Shown one piece after another: positions 1 to 13,617 of a DNA stretch of 64,000 nt. The first letter of the stretch is position 1; every line of letters starts with the position of its first letter. Source of the stretch: Oikopleura dioica (Eukaryota > Animalia > Chordata); assembly GCA_907165135.1 (NCBI GenBank), contig OU015568.1, positions 15,325,208-15,389,207 of the forward strand. The letters run 5' to 3'. Both the position numbers and the translations under genes were made by a program. Below the pieces are notes generated by a model, which was not told where the DNA came from, did not search any database, and saw only the letters and a program-made list of their open reading frames with translations.

Positions 1-1271
1 GCTATTTTTCAATCAACTTAATAATCTCAGAGGCTACGAAACGCAAAACGACCAATTTTTAACGACATTGTTATTTTTGAATGCTTAAAAATAACCATTC
101 ATTGTACGGATAGTCGAAATCTTGGGGCCTCAATCTCATTTTCTCAAACTTGTTCAAATACAGTCACTTATCATGTCTGCAAAATTTCATGCGATTTGAA
201 ACGCAGCGCGACCATTTTTAGTATAATTTATTATAAAGCTTTAAATAGCTCTAGAATCTGAGTTTTCGGGCCTCCAAGCTGATTGCTCTTGACCAAACTT
301 TGGTATATGTAAACTACATTTATGCAAAATTTCATAAAATTTGAGACGCAGCGCGACCCTTTTTGTCCAAATTATATCGAAATTCTATAAAAATAGCAAT
401 TTATTAGTTGGTTTTGGCTCTAGAATCCAAGTTTCGAGAGCCTCCAACCTAATTCTTCTCAAGCAGGGTAAGAAGACTATATTCTATCTGACTGCCTAAT
501 TTCAATCAAATCGAGACGCAGCGCGACCATTTTTTACGAAAAATGATAATAATAACCACTTATTAGTAAGTTTTGGATCAAGAATCCAAGTTCCAATGGC
601 CTCCAGCCCAATTTTTCTCATGCGAGTTTCAGCGGGTGCTTTTTATCAACCTACCAAAAATCAATCGATTTGAAGCGCAGCGCGGTCATTTTAAGACAAT
701 TTATTACTAATAAGTGGTTATTATTATCATTTTTCGTAAAAATGGTCGCGCTGCGTCTCGATTTGATTGAAATTAGGCAGTCAGATAGAATATAGTCTTC
801 TTACCCTGCTTGAGAAGAATTAGGTTGGAGGCTCTCGAAACTTGGATTCTAGAGCCAAAACCAACTAATAAATTGCTATTTTTATAGAATTTCGATATAA
901 TTTGGACAAAAAGGTCGCGCTGCGTCTCAAATTTTATGAAATTTTGCATAAATGTAGTTTACATATACCAAAGTTTGGTCAAGAGCAATCAGCTTGGAGG
1001 CCCGAAAACTCAGATTCTAGAGCTATTTAAAGCTTTATAATAAATTATACTAAAAATGGTCGCGCTGCGTTTCAAATCGCATGAAATTTTGCAGACATGA
1101 TAAGTGACTGTATTTGAACAAGTTTGAGAAAATGAGATTGAGGCCCCAAGATTTCGACTATCCGTACAATGAATGGTTATTTTTAAGCATTCAAAAATAA
1201 CAATGTCGTTAAAAAATTGGTCGTTTTGCGTTTCGTAGCCTCTGAGATTATTAAGTTGATTGAAAAATAGC
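1..1271. mobile_element. Large foldback (inverted-repeat) element, left end cut by the window edge; probably intronic in the first receptor kinase
   Basis: 1-~569 is the reverse complement of ~704-1271 (gctatttttcaatcaactt... / ...aagttgattgaaaaatagc). The arms contain diverged subrepeats carrying acgcagcgcgacc (~200, ~345, ~515; variant ~675). Confidence 0.85.
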
Positions 1272-1959
1272 CAAATAGTCGCATCTCTGTGAATTGACAA
1301 AATAGCTCTTAATGAATAATATACATTTATATATTTCGATAGGCAATTATTTTGAAATATCTTGCCTTTGACTTATTCGACTTTTTCGCTAAATAGAATG
1401 ACGATCATTGATCGTTCAGCGTTTTTTCACGTTTTTCGGTGTTTTTGGTCATTAACACGTTATTTAATGCATATTTTGAGCATGAAGACAATAAGTATTA
1501 TTTATTTTTTTTGCTAACCGAACTGTCCGAGACCTGTCTCTAGATGGTCGAGGAAAGAAATCAAAAGAAAAATTACCGGAACCCTTTCAAAAGAAGCTTT
1601 TCCTGAAGGGCATTTTTGCACTTTTAGATGAATATTAAAAAATATTTAGAAGGCCTCCTGTCTAAACAAATAATTTTTTTCTAGGTTTTCGAATATGGAG
1701 AATTTGATGGAAACAATAAAAATGAAATTCCAAAAAAGATTTTTAAATTTGGATTTTTCCGTCCATTTCTCTTGCCATTTTATCTCGGGATCTTATGGTC
1801 GGCCGAGCCCGCAAAACCTGGAAACCTAAACGTGAAAAATCTTTGACATATTCATTTTTAAAAAGCTGAGACTCTTTGGCCCCAACCTTTTACCACAGTT
1901 CGGCTGGACCTAAACTTGAACGCGTCTTCTTGTCGCAGATTTTCTAATCGTATCCAAAG

Positions 1960-2731
1960 ATACCTTGCCCCTGAACTTTTAGAAGGACCGATGGATGTTT
2001 ACAACTTCGCCAATGCATTTCGCCAAGGCAAGCGATTTTAATCGAACTCAAATATCGCTAATTTCGTTAATTCAGCTGATGTTTATTCCATGGCGCTGGT
2101 TCACTGGGAGCTCTTTAGAATGGTCAAAGAGCTAAATAGTGATTATCACTTTACTCATGAGCTGCCATATCAAAAGAACTAGGAAAGAGGGAGAGAATGG
2201 ATCCTTTTTTAATTTCATTCAATCATCTGTCAAGTTGACTTTAATATTTATTCTACGAAAGCTGGCTGTCGAGCAACAGTAGCAAGTTTACAGAGAATCG
2301 TCTCAGACGCAGGTAAGCTAGAAACAACAAGAATCTATTTGGCTTTAGTGAATAATTCTAGCGATTCTTGAATAGGCCCTCGCGATAATTCTTCATCTTT
2401 TCAGGTCTGCGGCCGATCATCCCCTCGTCGTTCGAAGACTCGCCCTTCGGCCTCGTTCTTCAGCGAATATTTACAGAAGGGTGATTTTGTTAGCATAACA
2501 AACTGACAGGCGAATTAATTTTGTCCGTCTCTTTAATTTGAACATTTGCATTTTTATTATTCACCCGCGCTATTAGAAAGTTGGGAGTATGATCCCGCCG
2601 CTAGAATCACATCAGCCACAGTTCACATGAGACTTGAAGGTAAAAACGACCCAGAAACAAACGATAATGTTCCTTTTCCAGAGCTGCTAGAGAATTCGCC
2701 AGCGCAACGAATCGCCACAGAAAAATTGTGA
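1960..2731 (+). CDS. TGF-beta/activin type II receptor Ser/Thr kinase, paralog 1 (3' exons only)
   Basis: Spliced translation YLAPELLEGPMDVYNFANAFRQ-ADVYSMALVHWELF...LRPIIP...EGWEYDPAARITSATVHMRL...TEKL* is colinear with paralog 2. Introns at 2028-2075 (GC-AG), 2183-2261 (GA-AG), 2313-2404, 2481-2580, 2640-2680. One -1 shift in the A-run at ~2172. Confidence 0.8.
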
Positions 2732-2916
2732 TTGACTTCAGTTCAGATTCTTATTTTATTTTTCAATCATAAACTTTACTATTTACTTTTATTATGACTT
2801 AAGTGACATAATTTGTGTCACATAAAAGACACGAGTTGATTGATATGTTAATCTAACAAGCGGCAATTTTTAGACTTTATGAGGTCGAGATCGATATCAG
2901 AAAGAGAGTATCAGAT

Positions 2917-5900
2917 ATGACAGAGACGGCGAATCCACCCGACGAAGGTCTCCTCTGCTACAACAAGGATTCGAGAAAGGATGAAGAGCCGTACTTGCAG
3001 AAATGCGAAACGGGAGGCTGCATGCTCACTTATTCTTTCAACCGGAGTTATTACAATGAGAATGGAACGCCTGATAGTCACCTCGACGGACACGACGAAG
3101 GAAAGAGAAAAGATCTGACAGTTCTTTCTGCGCAGTGCATCATCGCCAAATATTACACAGAGTGCATTAATTCGACCGACAGCTGCGAGCATTTTTGGTC
3201 GATTCCACAAGCGGACGATATCTACCATTTGCACTGCTGCTGTACTGGAAGTCGCTGTAATCACATTGTAAGAAGAAATAGTAAAAACTTATTGAATGTC
3301 TTTTAGAGCAAAACTTCTTTATCAAGATGCAGTGCTGATGACTGTGAAACTGAAACTGGGCGAAGGAATAGCTGTTTTTGCCCAACTGAGCCTCCTTCTA
3401 CGATTGAAACAACTACTGTAAGATCATTCGTTATTCACGAGAATCTACCGATTATTTTCAGCTCGGACCAACTTCTGATGAAATTATCGTCAAGTGCATC
3501 ATTATTGGCTTTTTGTTCTTCAGCTCGATTGGACTCTACTTTTTATACACCTCGATTCGAAAGGCCCGCGCCGGGCTGGAAAGAAATAGCCACTCTCTTC
3601 GGAACCTGAGAGAATACTCGAACGCCGGCCATGCAAATATCCAAAGTGTGGCGAGAGCTGATGTAGAATCGGATCTTAGGCAAGTTTTTATTGAAAAATT
3701 GATGTAAGAGAAACTTTTCTAGGCCTTTGATAGAAATTCCAGAGACAGTAGAAGAAAGAATGGATGAAAAGTTCAAAATTTTAAATATTGCTCCGATGGA
3801 CCAAACGAAGATTCGCTTCTTGGAGAGGGCCGTTATGGCGCCGTTCATAAAGTTCAGGATAGGCTTTGAATGAATTTTGATCAACAATCATCGCATTATA
3901 CAAATTATAGAAATTTCACACAGAAGAATGTGACATTAAACCCTTCAAAGAATCAGCGTGGAGAGATTTACGCGATGAAGATTTTCAGACACAAGGGACA
4001 GCCGAGCGAAGCAACCAGCCCAACAGTTCAGCTCATGTGGCGCAAAGAATTCGAGCACTTGAATCTCTGCGCGGATGAGAATATCGTCAAGCGCGAGGGC
4101 GCTGGCCGCTTCAAATATCATGGCACGCTTAACTATGCGATTCTACTGGAGTACTGCCCGATGGGAAGTTTAAGCTCGTATTTGGACAAGGTTCAGAGTG
4201 AAAATATCCAGATCCCATTAGCGAACGCGTTGAAACTCGCGCAGGACATTGCCAGTGGCATGGAATTTCTCCACGAAGCGGACTCCCCATCCGGCGGGCC
4301 AATTCGCGTTCCCGTTGCGCACCGAGACATCAAATCGTCGAATATTCTCCTCAAAGCGCCTGATCACGCGGTTATTTCCGACTTCGGCCTTGCCATTGCC
4401 CTACGCGCACCAACTGCCAATCAACCTGCTGGACAGAATTCTATCGATATGGATGTCAACCGAACGAAGCAATGCGGCACGCCGCGCTATTTATCGCCTG
4501 AACTACTCGAAGGCCAAATCGGTGTCCATTTTGCCGATGCATTTAGACAAGGTGAAGTCGATTTTGCCGCGTTTTGAATGAAATTAATCGAATCTTTAGC
4601 GGATGTCTATTCTATGAGCATCGTTCAATGGGAACTCTTCCGCATGGTGCAGGCCTTGAACTATGACTTTGATGGAATCCACGAACTGCCATTTGCCAGG
4701 GAACTGAACGGTAGAAAAGCTACGATTGAATCCCTTCAGCATATAGTTACAAAAGGTAAGTTTAAATATCACGCCCTGTTCATGCTTTCTCGGTCAACCC
4801 GAGGCTTCCGGATTGTGTGTCGCAATTTGGAAACCTAAACCGAATTCGATCCGCTTTGTGGAACAGCCACGAAGGAGCCAACAAGACAGTTGGTCCCCCA
4901 AAACCGGAAGCGTTTATGAATTAACCTTTTGTTGCGTTTTACACCGTGTCTTCGATTTTGAACGTTCAGCAGATTTTCAGGCAACTTTCGTTTGTCACGG
5001 TTTCTACCGCTTTTTCACGGCTATTATAGTTTGCTTCAAATTACATATTTTTTCAGGAATACGACCTCAGATACCAGAATCATTTGAGAAAGATCGCCTC
5101 TATGGTTAGGGTGAATTTACAAAAATCAACTTTTAATCTAGGGGTCGTACGGCTTTCAAATTTTGTATGGAATTTCCCCATCCATATGAATCTCATATCG
5201 AAGAGATTTTTTAAATATGTCACGTGATTTTCTTCCAGCGCCCTCCGAAGTGGACGAAAAACTAAACTTTTGAGCGCCTCAAGTTACGAGAACGTGAGTA
5301 GGCTCATTCGAAGCGCCTTAAAAACTGATCATTTTGAGATAAAAATTTAGTGAAGCTCATTCAGATCGATCAGGAATGACCTGGAGGACCTTTTCTAAAG
5401 CCGGTGGAAGAAAATAAATTGGTGGAAGACAAATAATTCTTACAATCGTAATTTGAACATTAAAAGGGTTGGTCCAAAGCTTCCCGAAAAATATAATAAA
5501 TAAAAATTTGAAGGGTGTAGCCTCCATAAAACCCATTTTTTCCAAATTTTCGGATTTTTGGCTCCGGAGCCCCAATTTTCAGTTTTTTTCAATTTTTATT
5601 AAGGGTTCATTAAATTCGAAGTAAATTCTCGGTAGAGAAATATTTTTATAAATTATCGATAAAAACCTTAACAAGACTTTAAACATGAACAATATAAATT
5701 TTTACATCGAATGGAGGTGGGAGGGGTTGGGGACGAAACTGAGAGTGATCAACTCAGGTTTCCCAGCCTTTGTCAAGCCCCTTAAATTAGAAAATCAAGG
5801 AACGGGGCTGAGACGGCCCGAAGGGCCGTCAAGCCCCTTAAATTAGAAAATCAAGGAACGGGGCTGAGACGGCCCGAAGGGCCGTCAAGCCCTTAAATTA

Positions 5901-8604
5901 GAAAATCAAGGAACGGGGCTGAGACGGCCCGAAGGGCCGTCAAGCCCTTAAATTAGAAAATCAAGGAACGGGGCTGAGACGGCCCGAAGGGCCGTCAAGC
6001 CCTTAAATTAGAAAATCAAGGAACGGGGCTGAGACGGCCCGAAGGGCCGTCAAGCCCCTTAAATTAGAAAATCAAGGAACGGGGCTGAGACGGCCCGAAG
6101 GGCCGTCAAGCCCTTAAATTAGAAAATCAAGGAACGGGGCTGAGACGGCCCGAAGGGCCGTCAAGCCCCTTAAATTAGAAAATCAAGGAACGGGGCTGAG
6201 ACGGCCCGAAGGGCCGTCAAGCCCTTAAATTAGAAAATCAAGGAACGGGGCTGAGACGGCCCGAAGGGCCGTCAAGCCCTTAAATTAGAAAATCAAGGAA
6301 CGGGGCTGAGACGGCCCGAAGGGCCGTCAAGCCCTTAAATTAGAAAATCAAGGAACGGGGCTGAGACGGCCCGAAGGGCCGTCAAGCCCTTAAATTAGAA
6401 AATCAAGGAACGGGGCTGAGACGGCCCGAAGGGCCGTCAAGCCCTTAAATTAGAAAATCAAGGAACGGGGCTGAGACGGCCCGAAGGGCCGTCAAGCCCC
6501 TTAAATTAGAAAATCAAGGAACGGGGCTGAGACGGCCCGAAGGGCCGTCAAGCCCCTTAAATTAGAAAATCAAGGAACGGGGCTGAGACGGCCCGAAGGG
6601 CCGTCAAGCCCCTTAAATTAGAAAATCAAGGAACGGGGCTGAGACGGCCCGAAGGGCCGTCAAGCCCCTTAAATTAGAAAATCAAGGAACGGGGCTGAGA
6701 CGGCCCGAAGGGCCGTCAAGCCCCTTAAATTAGAAAATCAAGGAACGGGGCTGAGACGGCCCGAAGGGCCGTCAAGCCCCTTAAATTAGAAAATCAAGGA
6801 ACGGGGCTGAGACGGCCCGAAGGGCCGTCAAGCCCCTTAAATTAGAAAATCAAGGAACGGGGCTGAGACGGCCCGAAGGGCCGTCAAGCCCCTTAAATTA
6901 GAAAATCAAGGAACGGGGCTGAGACGGCCCGAAGGGCCGTCAAGCCCCTTAAATTAGAAAATCAAGGAACGGGGCTGAGACGGCCCGAAGGGCCGTCAAG
7001 CCCCTTAAATTAGAAAATCAAGGAACGGGGCTGAGACGGCCCGAAGGGCCGTCAAGCCCCTTAAATTAGAAAATCAAGGAACGGGGCTGAGACGGCCCGA
7101 AGGGCCGTCAAGCCCCTTAAATTAGAAAATCAAGGAACGGGGCTGAGACGGCCCGAAGGGCCGTCAAGCCCCTTAAATTAGAAAATCAAGGAACGGGGCT
7201 GAGACGGCCCGAAGGGCCGTCAAGCCCTTAAATTAGAAAATCAAGGAACGGGGCTGAGACGGCCCGAAGGGCCGTCAAGCCCTTAAATTAGAAAATCAAG
7301 GAACGGGGCTGAGACGGCCCGAAGGGCCGTCAAGCCCCTTAAATTAGAAAATCAAGGAACGGGGCTGAGACGGCCCGAAGGGCCGTCAAGCCCTTAAATT
7401 AGAAAATCAAGGAACGGGGCTGAGACGGCCCGAAGGGCCGTCAAGCCCCTTAAATTAGAAAATCAAGGAACGGGGCTGAGACGGCCCGAAGGGCCGTCAA
7501 GCCCCTTAAATTAGAAAATCAAGGAACGGGGCTGAGACGGCCCGAAGGGCCGTCAAGCCCCTTAAATTAGAAAATCAAGGAACGAGGCTGAGACGGCCCG
7601 AAGGGCCGTCAAGCCCCTTAAATTAGAAAATCAAGGAACGGGGCTGAGACGGCCCGAAGGGCCGTCAAGCCCCTTAAATTAGAAAATCAAGGAACGGGGC
7701 TGAGACGGCCCGAAGGGCCGTCAAGCCCCTTAAATTAGAATATCAAGGAACGGGGCTGAGACGGAGAGAGTCTCGAACAAATTGAGACCTCCTTATCAGA
7801 AAATGACCTGTATCACGTGATCACGTGGTCAGACCAAAAAATTTTCAATTAGAATTTTTTTAGTTGGGTCCAAATACCTATTGTCCCAAAATTTCAGCCC
7901 ACTAACATTGAATGTTCTAGTGGAGGACTTATTTTCACTTTGTTACTATGTTACATAACAGTGTTATGTAACACTTGAATGCCGATTGTGAGTCATCGGT
8001 GAGAGCTTCACTAAATTTTTTTTTTGAATTTTGATCAGAAGTCGACGGCGCATCGATTCCGACCAAAAAGAGCACTCAGACTTGAGGCGCTCAAAAGATA
8101 GTCCTTTATGGGGCCGAAAAGGGTTGAAAAACGAAAAAATTTTTTTTCAAAACAAAAAAAAAATTTTGTTAAGAAGTCGGGTATGATCTTTCACCATGCC
8201 GAGTTTCAACAAGATAGGATCTATAGGGAAAAAGTTGATTTTTTTGTAAATTCACCCTATCTATGGTGCTACCATTAAGAACATTCTTATACAAAGCTGG
8301 GATGGTGATCCATGTGCCCGAATCAATGCAGCTACTGTTAGCAAGCGGTTACAAGGTAAGCAACTATCTAGGCTCGACAACATGTGTAGAAAACTTGTGT
8401 CAGGGTCTTCAATCGCGTAGCGGCTTCGCTAGAATTCGAAATCGTTTGAAATTATTTTTTTGCGAAGCCGCTCTCGTTGAAGATGTTTGGGATGTTGACT
8501 CAGATTTTCTACACAGTCGACTTTATCCGAATCTCTGTTTATTCAATCGTTCAGATCTTATCAATCAACACGCTAAAACGAATCCGAAACCTCAAGATTG
8601 CTGA
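2917..8604 (+). CDS. TGF-beta/activin type II receptor Ser/Thr kinase, paralog 2, interrupted by a hAT element
   Basis: Cys-rich ectodomain ending CCCTGSRCN, TM segment, GEGRYG, HRDIKSSN, DFG, GTPRYLSPE, no GS box. C-terminal exons SWDGDPCARINA...PQDC* lie after the insertion. The frame is open back to an acceptor at 2873 and no signal peptide is visible, so the true start is uncertain. Confidence 0.85.
4850..4990 (+). repeat. Dispersed intronic repeat, copy A
   Basis: ccggaagcgtt..tgaattaaccttt.gttg.gttttacaccgtgtcttcgattttgaacgttcagca recurs at ~10119-10187. Confidence 0.8.
5107..8259. mobile_element. Non-autonomous hAT-type transposon carrying a satellite array
   Basis: TIRs TAGGGTGAATTTACAAAAATCAACTTTT / aaaagttgatttttttgtaaattcacccta; 8-bp TSD TCTATGGT at 5099-5106 and 8260-8267; subterminal IR tttgagcgcctcaagt / acttgaggcgctcaaa; no transposase ORF. 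Confidence 0.92.
5772..7764. repeat. Tandem satellite, 55-56 bp unit, about 35-36 copies
   Basis: Unit aagccc(c)ttaaattagaaaatcaaggaacggggctgagacggcccgaagggccgtc; copies are nearly identical. Confidence 0.97.
8364..8520. mobile_element. Palindromic MITE family copy 1 (last intron of kinase paralog 2)
   Basis: tgtgtagaaaac.tgtgtcag ... tgactcagattttctacaca ends; inner gcggcttcgc/gcgaagccgc; same family as 45980 and 61815. Confidence 0.75.
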
Positions 8605-8749
8605 AACTCAAAAACTTCTATCAACAAAATTTGCCAGAAACAATCTTTCTTATCGAAGATCTCTCCACTTATCAACATAAACACTTTTACTTCTGTAATT
8701 AGGTTGCCTTCTTGATTCTCTTTTTCTTCAAAGACCTACCTTGAAATAA

Positions 8750-10651
<1,902 letters not shown>

Positions 10652-10892
10652 ATTCCCTTCATACCGACAGAAATCAACAACTACTGCCTACAGTTTTCTT
10701 CTGCTGTACGCTTCCCAAACTACATGTATCACTTATTTTTATAAAAAATTATTTTGCTGCTCAATGAATCAACCCTTCTTGTGCCTTCTTCTTTACAGAG
10801 ATAGTCAAAAACTATAAACTTGTGTATAATCATCAAACCGACCTTGAATTCTTTTTTTCTTATATTTTCTTTTTTCAGAGAACTTTCCAAAA

Positions 10893-12214
10893 ATGAGCTC
10901 TGCCGAAGCGGGACCCTCTCATCTGGAAAAAGGATCGGATCAAGCAGGAGCTGTCCACAACGACCTCGAAAAGCTCCTGTGCCAGGGGATTATCAAAAGC
11001 GACTTGAACAAATTAAAGAGCGCCGGGCTGCATACAGTGGAGCAAGTCTCTATGTGCACTAAGAAGGATCTAATCGCGATAAAAGGGTTCTCCGAGAACA
11101 AAGCCATGGCAATTCTTCATCAAGCTCTGAAAATTGTGCCAATGGGTAAGTAATTTTAATTATAATTTTAAAGGATTTTATCCATTTTCAAGGCTTTCGA
11201 ACTGCGACGGATTACCACAAAGCGCGACAAGAAATGGTCAGAATCACGACTGGAAGCAAAGAATTCGACAGAATGCTCGCGGGCGGCATCGAAACAGGAA
11301 GCATTACGGAGCTCTTTGGCGAATTTCGAACTGGCAAGTCGCAGCTGTGCATGACCCTTGCTGTCACGTGCCAATTGCCAGTGGATTTGGGCGGTGGCGA
11401 GGGAAAATGCCTCTACATCGATACGGAAGGAACTTTTCGCCCTGAGAGACTGCTTGCCATTTCAGAGCGATACGGACTGTCTGGAAAAGACGTGCTCGAT
11501 AATGTCGCCGTGGCACGTGCCTTCAGCACAGATCATCAGGTTTCTTTTGACTTTATTTCTTAAAAGGCCAAAAAATGAGAAAAAAGAGAGCTCTCGTAAC
11601 GGTGTACTTAGATGACTATGCTCCACACATGTGCTGCAATGATGACTGAATCACGATACTCCATCATGATTGTCGACTCAATTATGGCCCTCTACAGGTG
11701 AAGAAAGAAATTTTTTTTACATTTAAAAACTTTTCATGAAAAGATCGGATTATTCCGGCAGAGGAGAATTAGCAGCGCGACAGATGCACCTTGGCAAGTT
11801 TCTACGAGGACTTTTGAAGCTAGCGGATACTTTCGGCGTCGCTATTGTCATCACCAATCAAGTCACCGCGAATGTCGACGGAATGATGATGGGCGACAAC
11901 CAGACTCCCATCGGAGGAAATATTCTCGGTACTCTTGAATGTCAGGTGACTTTTATAACATTTTATAGCGCACGCCTCCTGCACGAGAATCAAATTGAAG
12001 AAGGGCCGTGGAAATAACCGCTTCGGAACGGGTCTTGAACTCCACCATTTTGGAGCAGTATAAAAAAAAACCTGTTATAACGAAAGTAACTATGAGCTGT
12101 ATTTTCAAGACCCGCGCGCCAGCTCGTATTTATGATTCACCATGTCTGCCCGACGAGCAGATTTCATTTTCAATTTCCCCTGGAGGAATCACGGATGCCG
12201 AGGAGAATGAATAA
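10893..12214 (+). CDS. RAD51: DNA repair recombinase RAD51
   Basis: [58 protein letters not shown]. Confidence 0.95.
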
Positions 12215-12375
12215 AATCAATTCACATTTGTAAATTTCACATATGCCTATTTTTATCAAGTTCCTGTCAGCAGATACACATGTCCTGCCACTTTTTTTTT
12301 TTTCTTCTTTACATTTCCAAAACTGAAAATTCCTTTTTCTTTTTCTCAAAGTTTGACTGTAAATAATCATAGATA

Positions 12376-13480
12376 ATGCTAACACTGCTGACACATTTCT
12401 TAATTGGAACAAAGGACGCACTTCGATACTCGACGACGATCCCTGGCTTTCGGAAGAAACACTTGTCCTGCGCACTTGTAAGTGTCCATTTCAATCTGGC
12501 TTCATTAGCGGGAGCTCAGAAAGAAAGAGAAAAAGAGGGGGAATTAACAAATGAATTAAGCTATCGGCATTCATATGGCTCACCATTTGTTTATTCAAAT
12601 ACATGTTTATGCCATCGATCTCGTGGTTAAGGATCGACGCACGAGTAGAGAATTGGTTATCGAACGCTTTTTCCGCGCTTTGGGTCGTGCCACTCATGCT
12701 CACCAGTAAAATTGTCAATACCTTTTGGTTCATGGAAACGGCTGAATTTGTTTATCAAGCGACGGGGAGGTAAGTCAAGTTTTGTCCTTTTTCATAGATA
12801 AAAATTGAAATCAAGGAAGAAAAAGGCACCCGGGGCAAAAGTGTCAGAAGGAATTGCCGATCTGATATTCGCGCTGATTGTTTACGTCGTGTTTATGATT
12901 CAGGCGTCGTTAGTAAAAGCACTGCCGCTTGAAGGCGTCAATTCTGCTCTTTACTTTCTACACGTCAGTCTGCTACACGCCTGGACAGCGTTTGAATACA
13001 AATGGTACCCAATGGGCATCGGTAAGGCTCAAAAGAGAAATAGGCAAAGTTGAGATATTCTTTCAGATGTACGATCGCGGCTGGCAACAGTCGAGTCTCG
13101 ATGGGGCTATTTTATGGGTTTTGGTTTTCCGCTGGCGGCGACGACGTTTTTGATCCCATGACGGCCGGCTGCGCGTTTGGCGTTTTATTCCCGATGTCCA
13201 TTCTTGCTGCACACTTGGCAAAGTCGCCAGAGGAAGAGACCTTGTTTAGACTGAGGTAAGAAAGGATGGTTTTGGAATAGATTTTAATGAAATTAGGATA
13301 TTTGGTCCGACAGTTTTCGTTGCAGATAAAGTTTCTGCAACACTCTTCAATTGGGTTTTGAAGAAAAGCCGAAACCAAGGCCGACCATTCCCGCTCAACC
13401 CAAAGTCGATACTCCCTTATCACATCACTCCTCGAATCACGTACCAAGGCCTCGCAAACTTTACTAAGCTTGTTATTTAA
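12376..13480 (+). CDS. EI24: EI24 (etoposide-induced 2.4) multi-pass membrane protein
   Basis: FSALWVVPLMLTSKIVNTFWF, SEGIADLIF, AFEYKW, VESRWGYFMGFGFPL, FGVLFP; -1 shift in the T-run at ~13147. Confidence 0.85.
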
Positions 13481-13617
13481 TTTATTTGTGAATATCTTTC
13501 TGTCGGAAAATTCTGCTGTGCAAGGTGTAGTCCTTATTTTCTGAATATTCTAGCTTTCCATCCTTCTTCACCAATAACTCTTACTTTTCCCTTTACAAAG
13601 ATTTTGATGGAATCGGC

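Noticed and set aside
1010-1300. 96-aa ORF
   Set aside because: It lies in the foldback arm and has no recognisable motifs.
5772-7764. CRISPR array or hammerhead ribozyme repeats
   Set aside because: There are no unique spacers and no cas genes, and the context is eukaryotic. CTGAGA-stem-TCAA lacks the CUGANGA...GAAA hammerhead core.
12018-12125. Target-site duplications around the stem-clamped introns
   Set aside because: Flanks of the RAD51, WDR36 and PLA2-like stems show no direct repeat, so a transposon origin is unproven.
10893-12214. DMC1 instead of RAD51
   Set aside because: [17 protein letters not shown] and RQMHL are RAD51-type residues.
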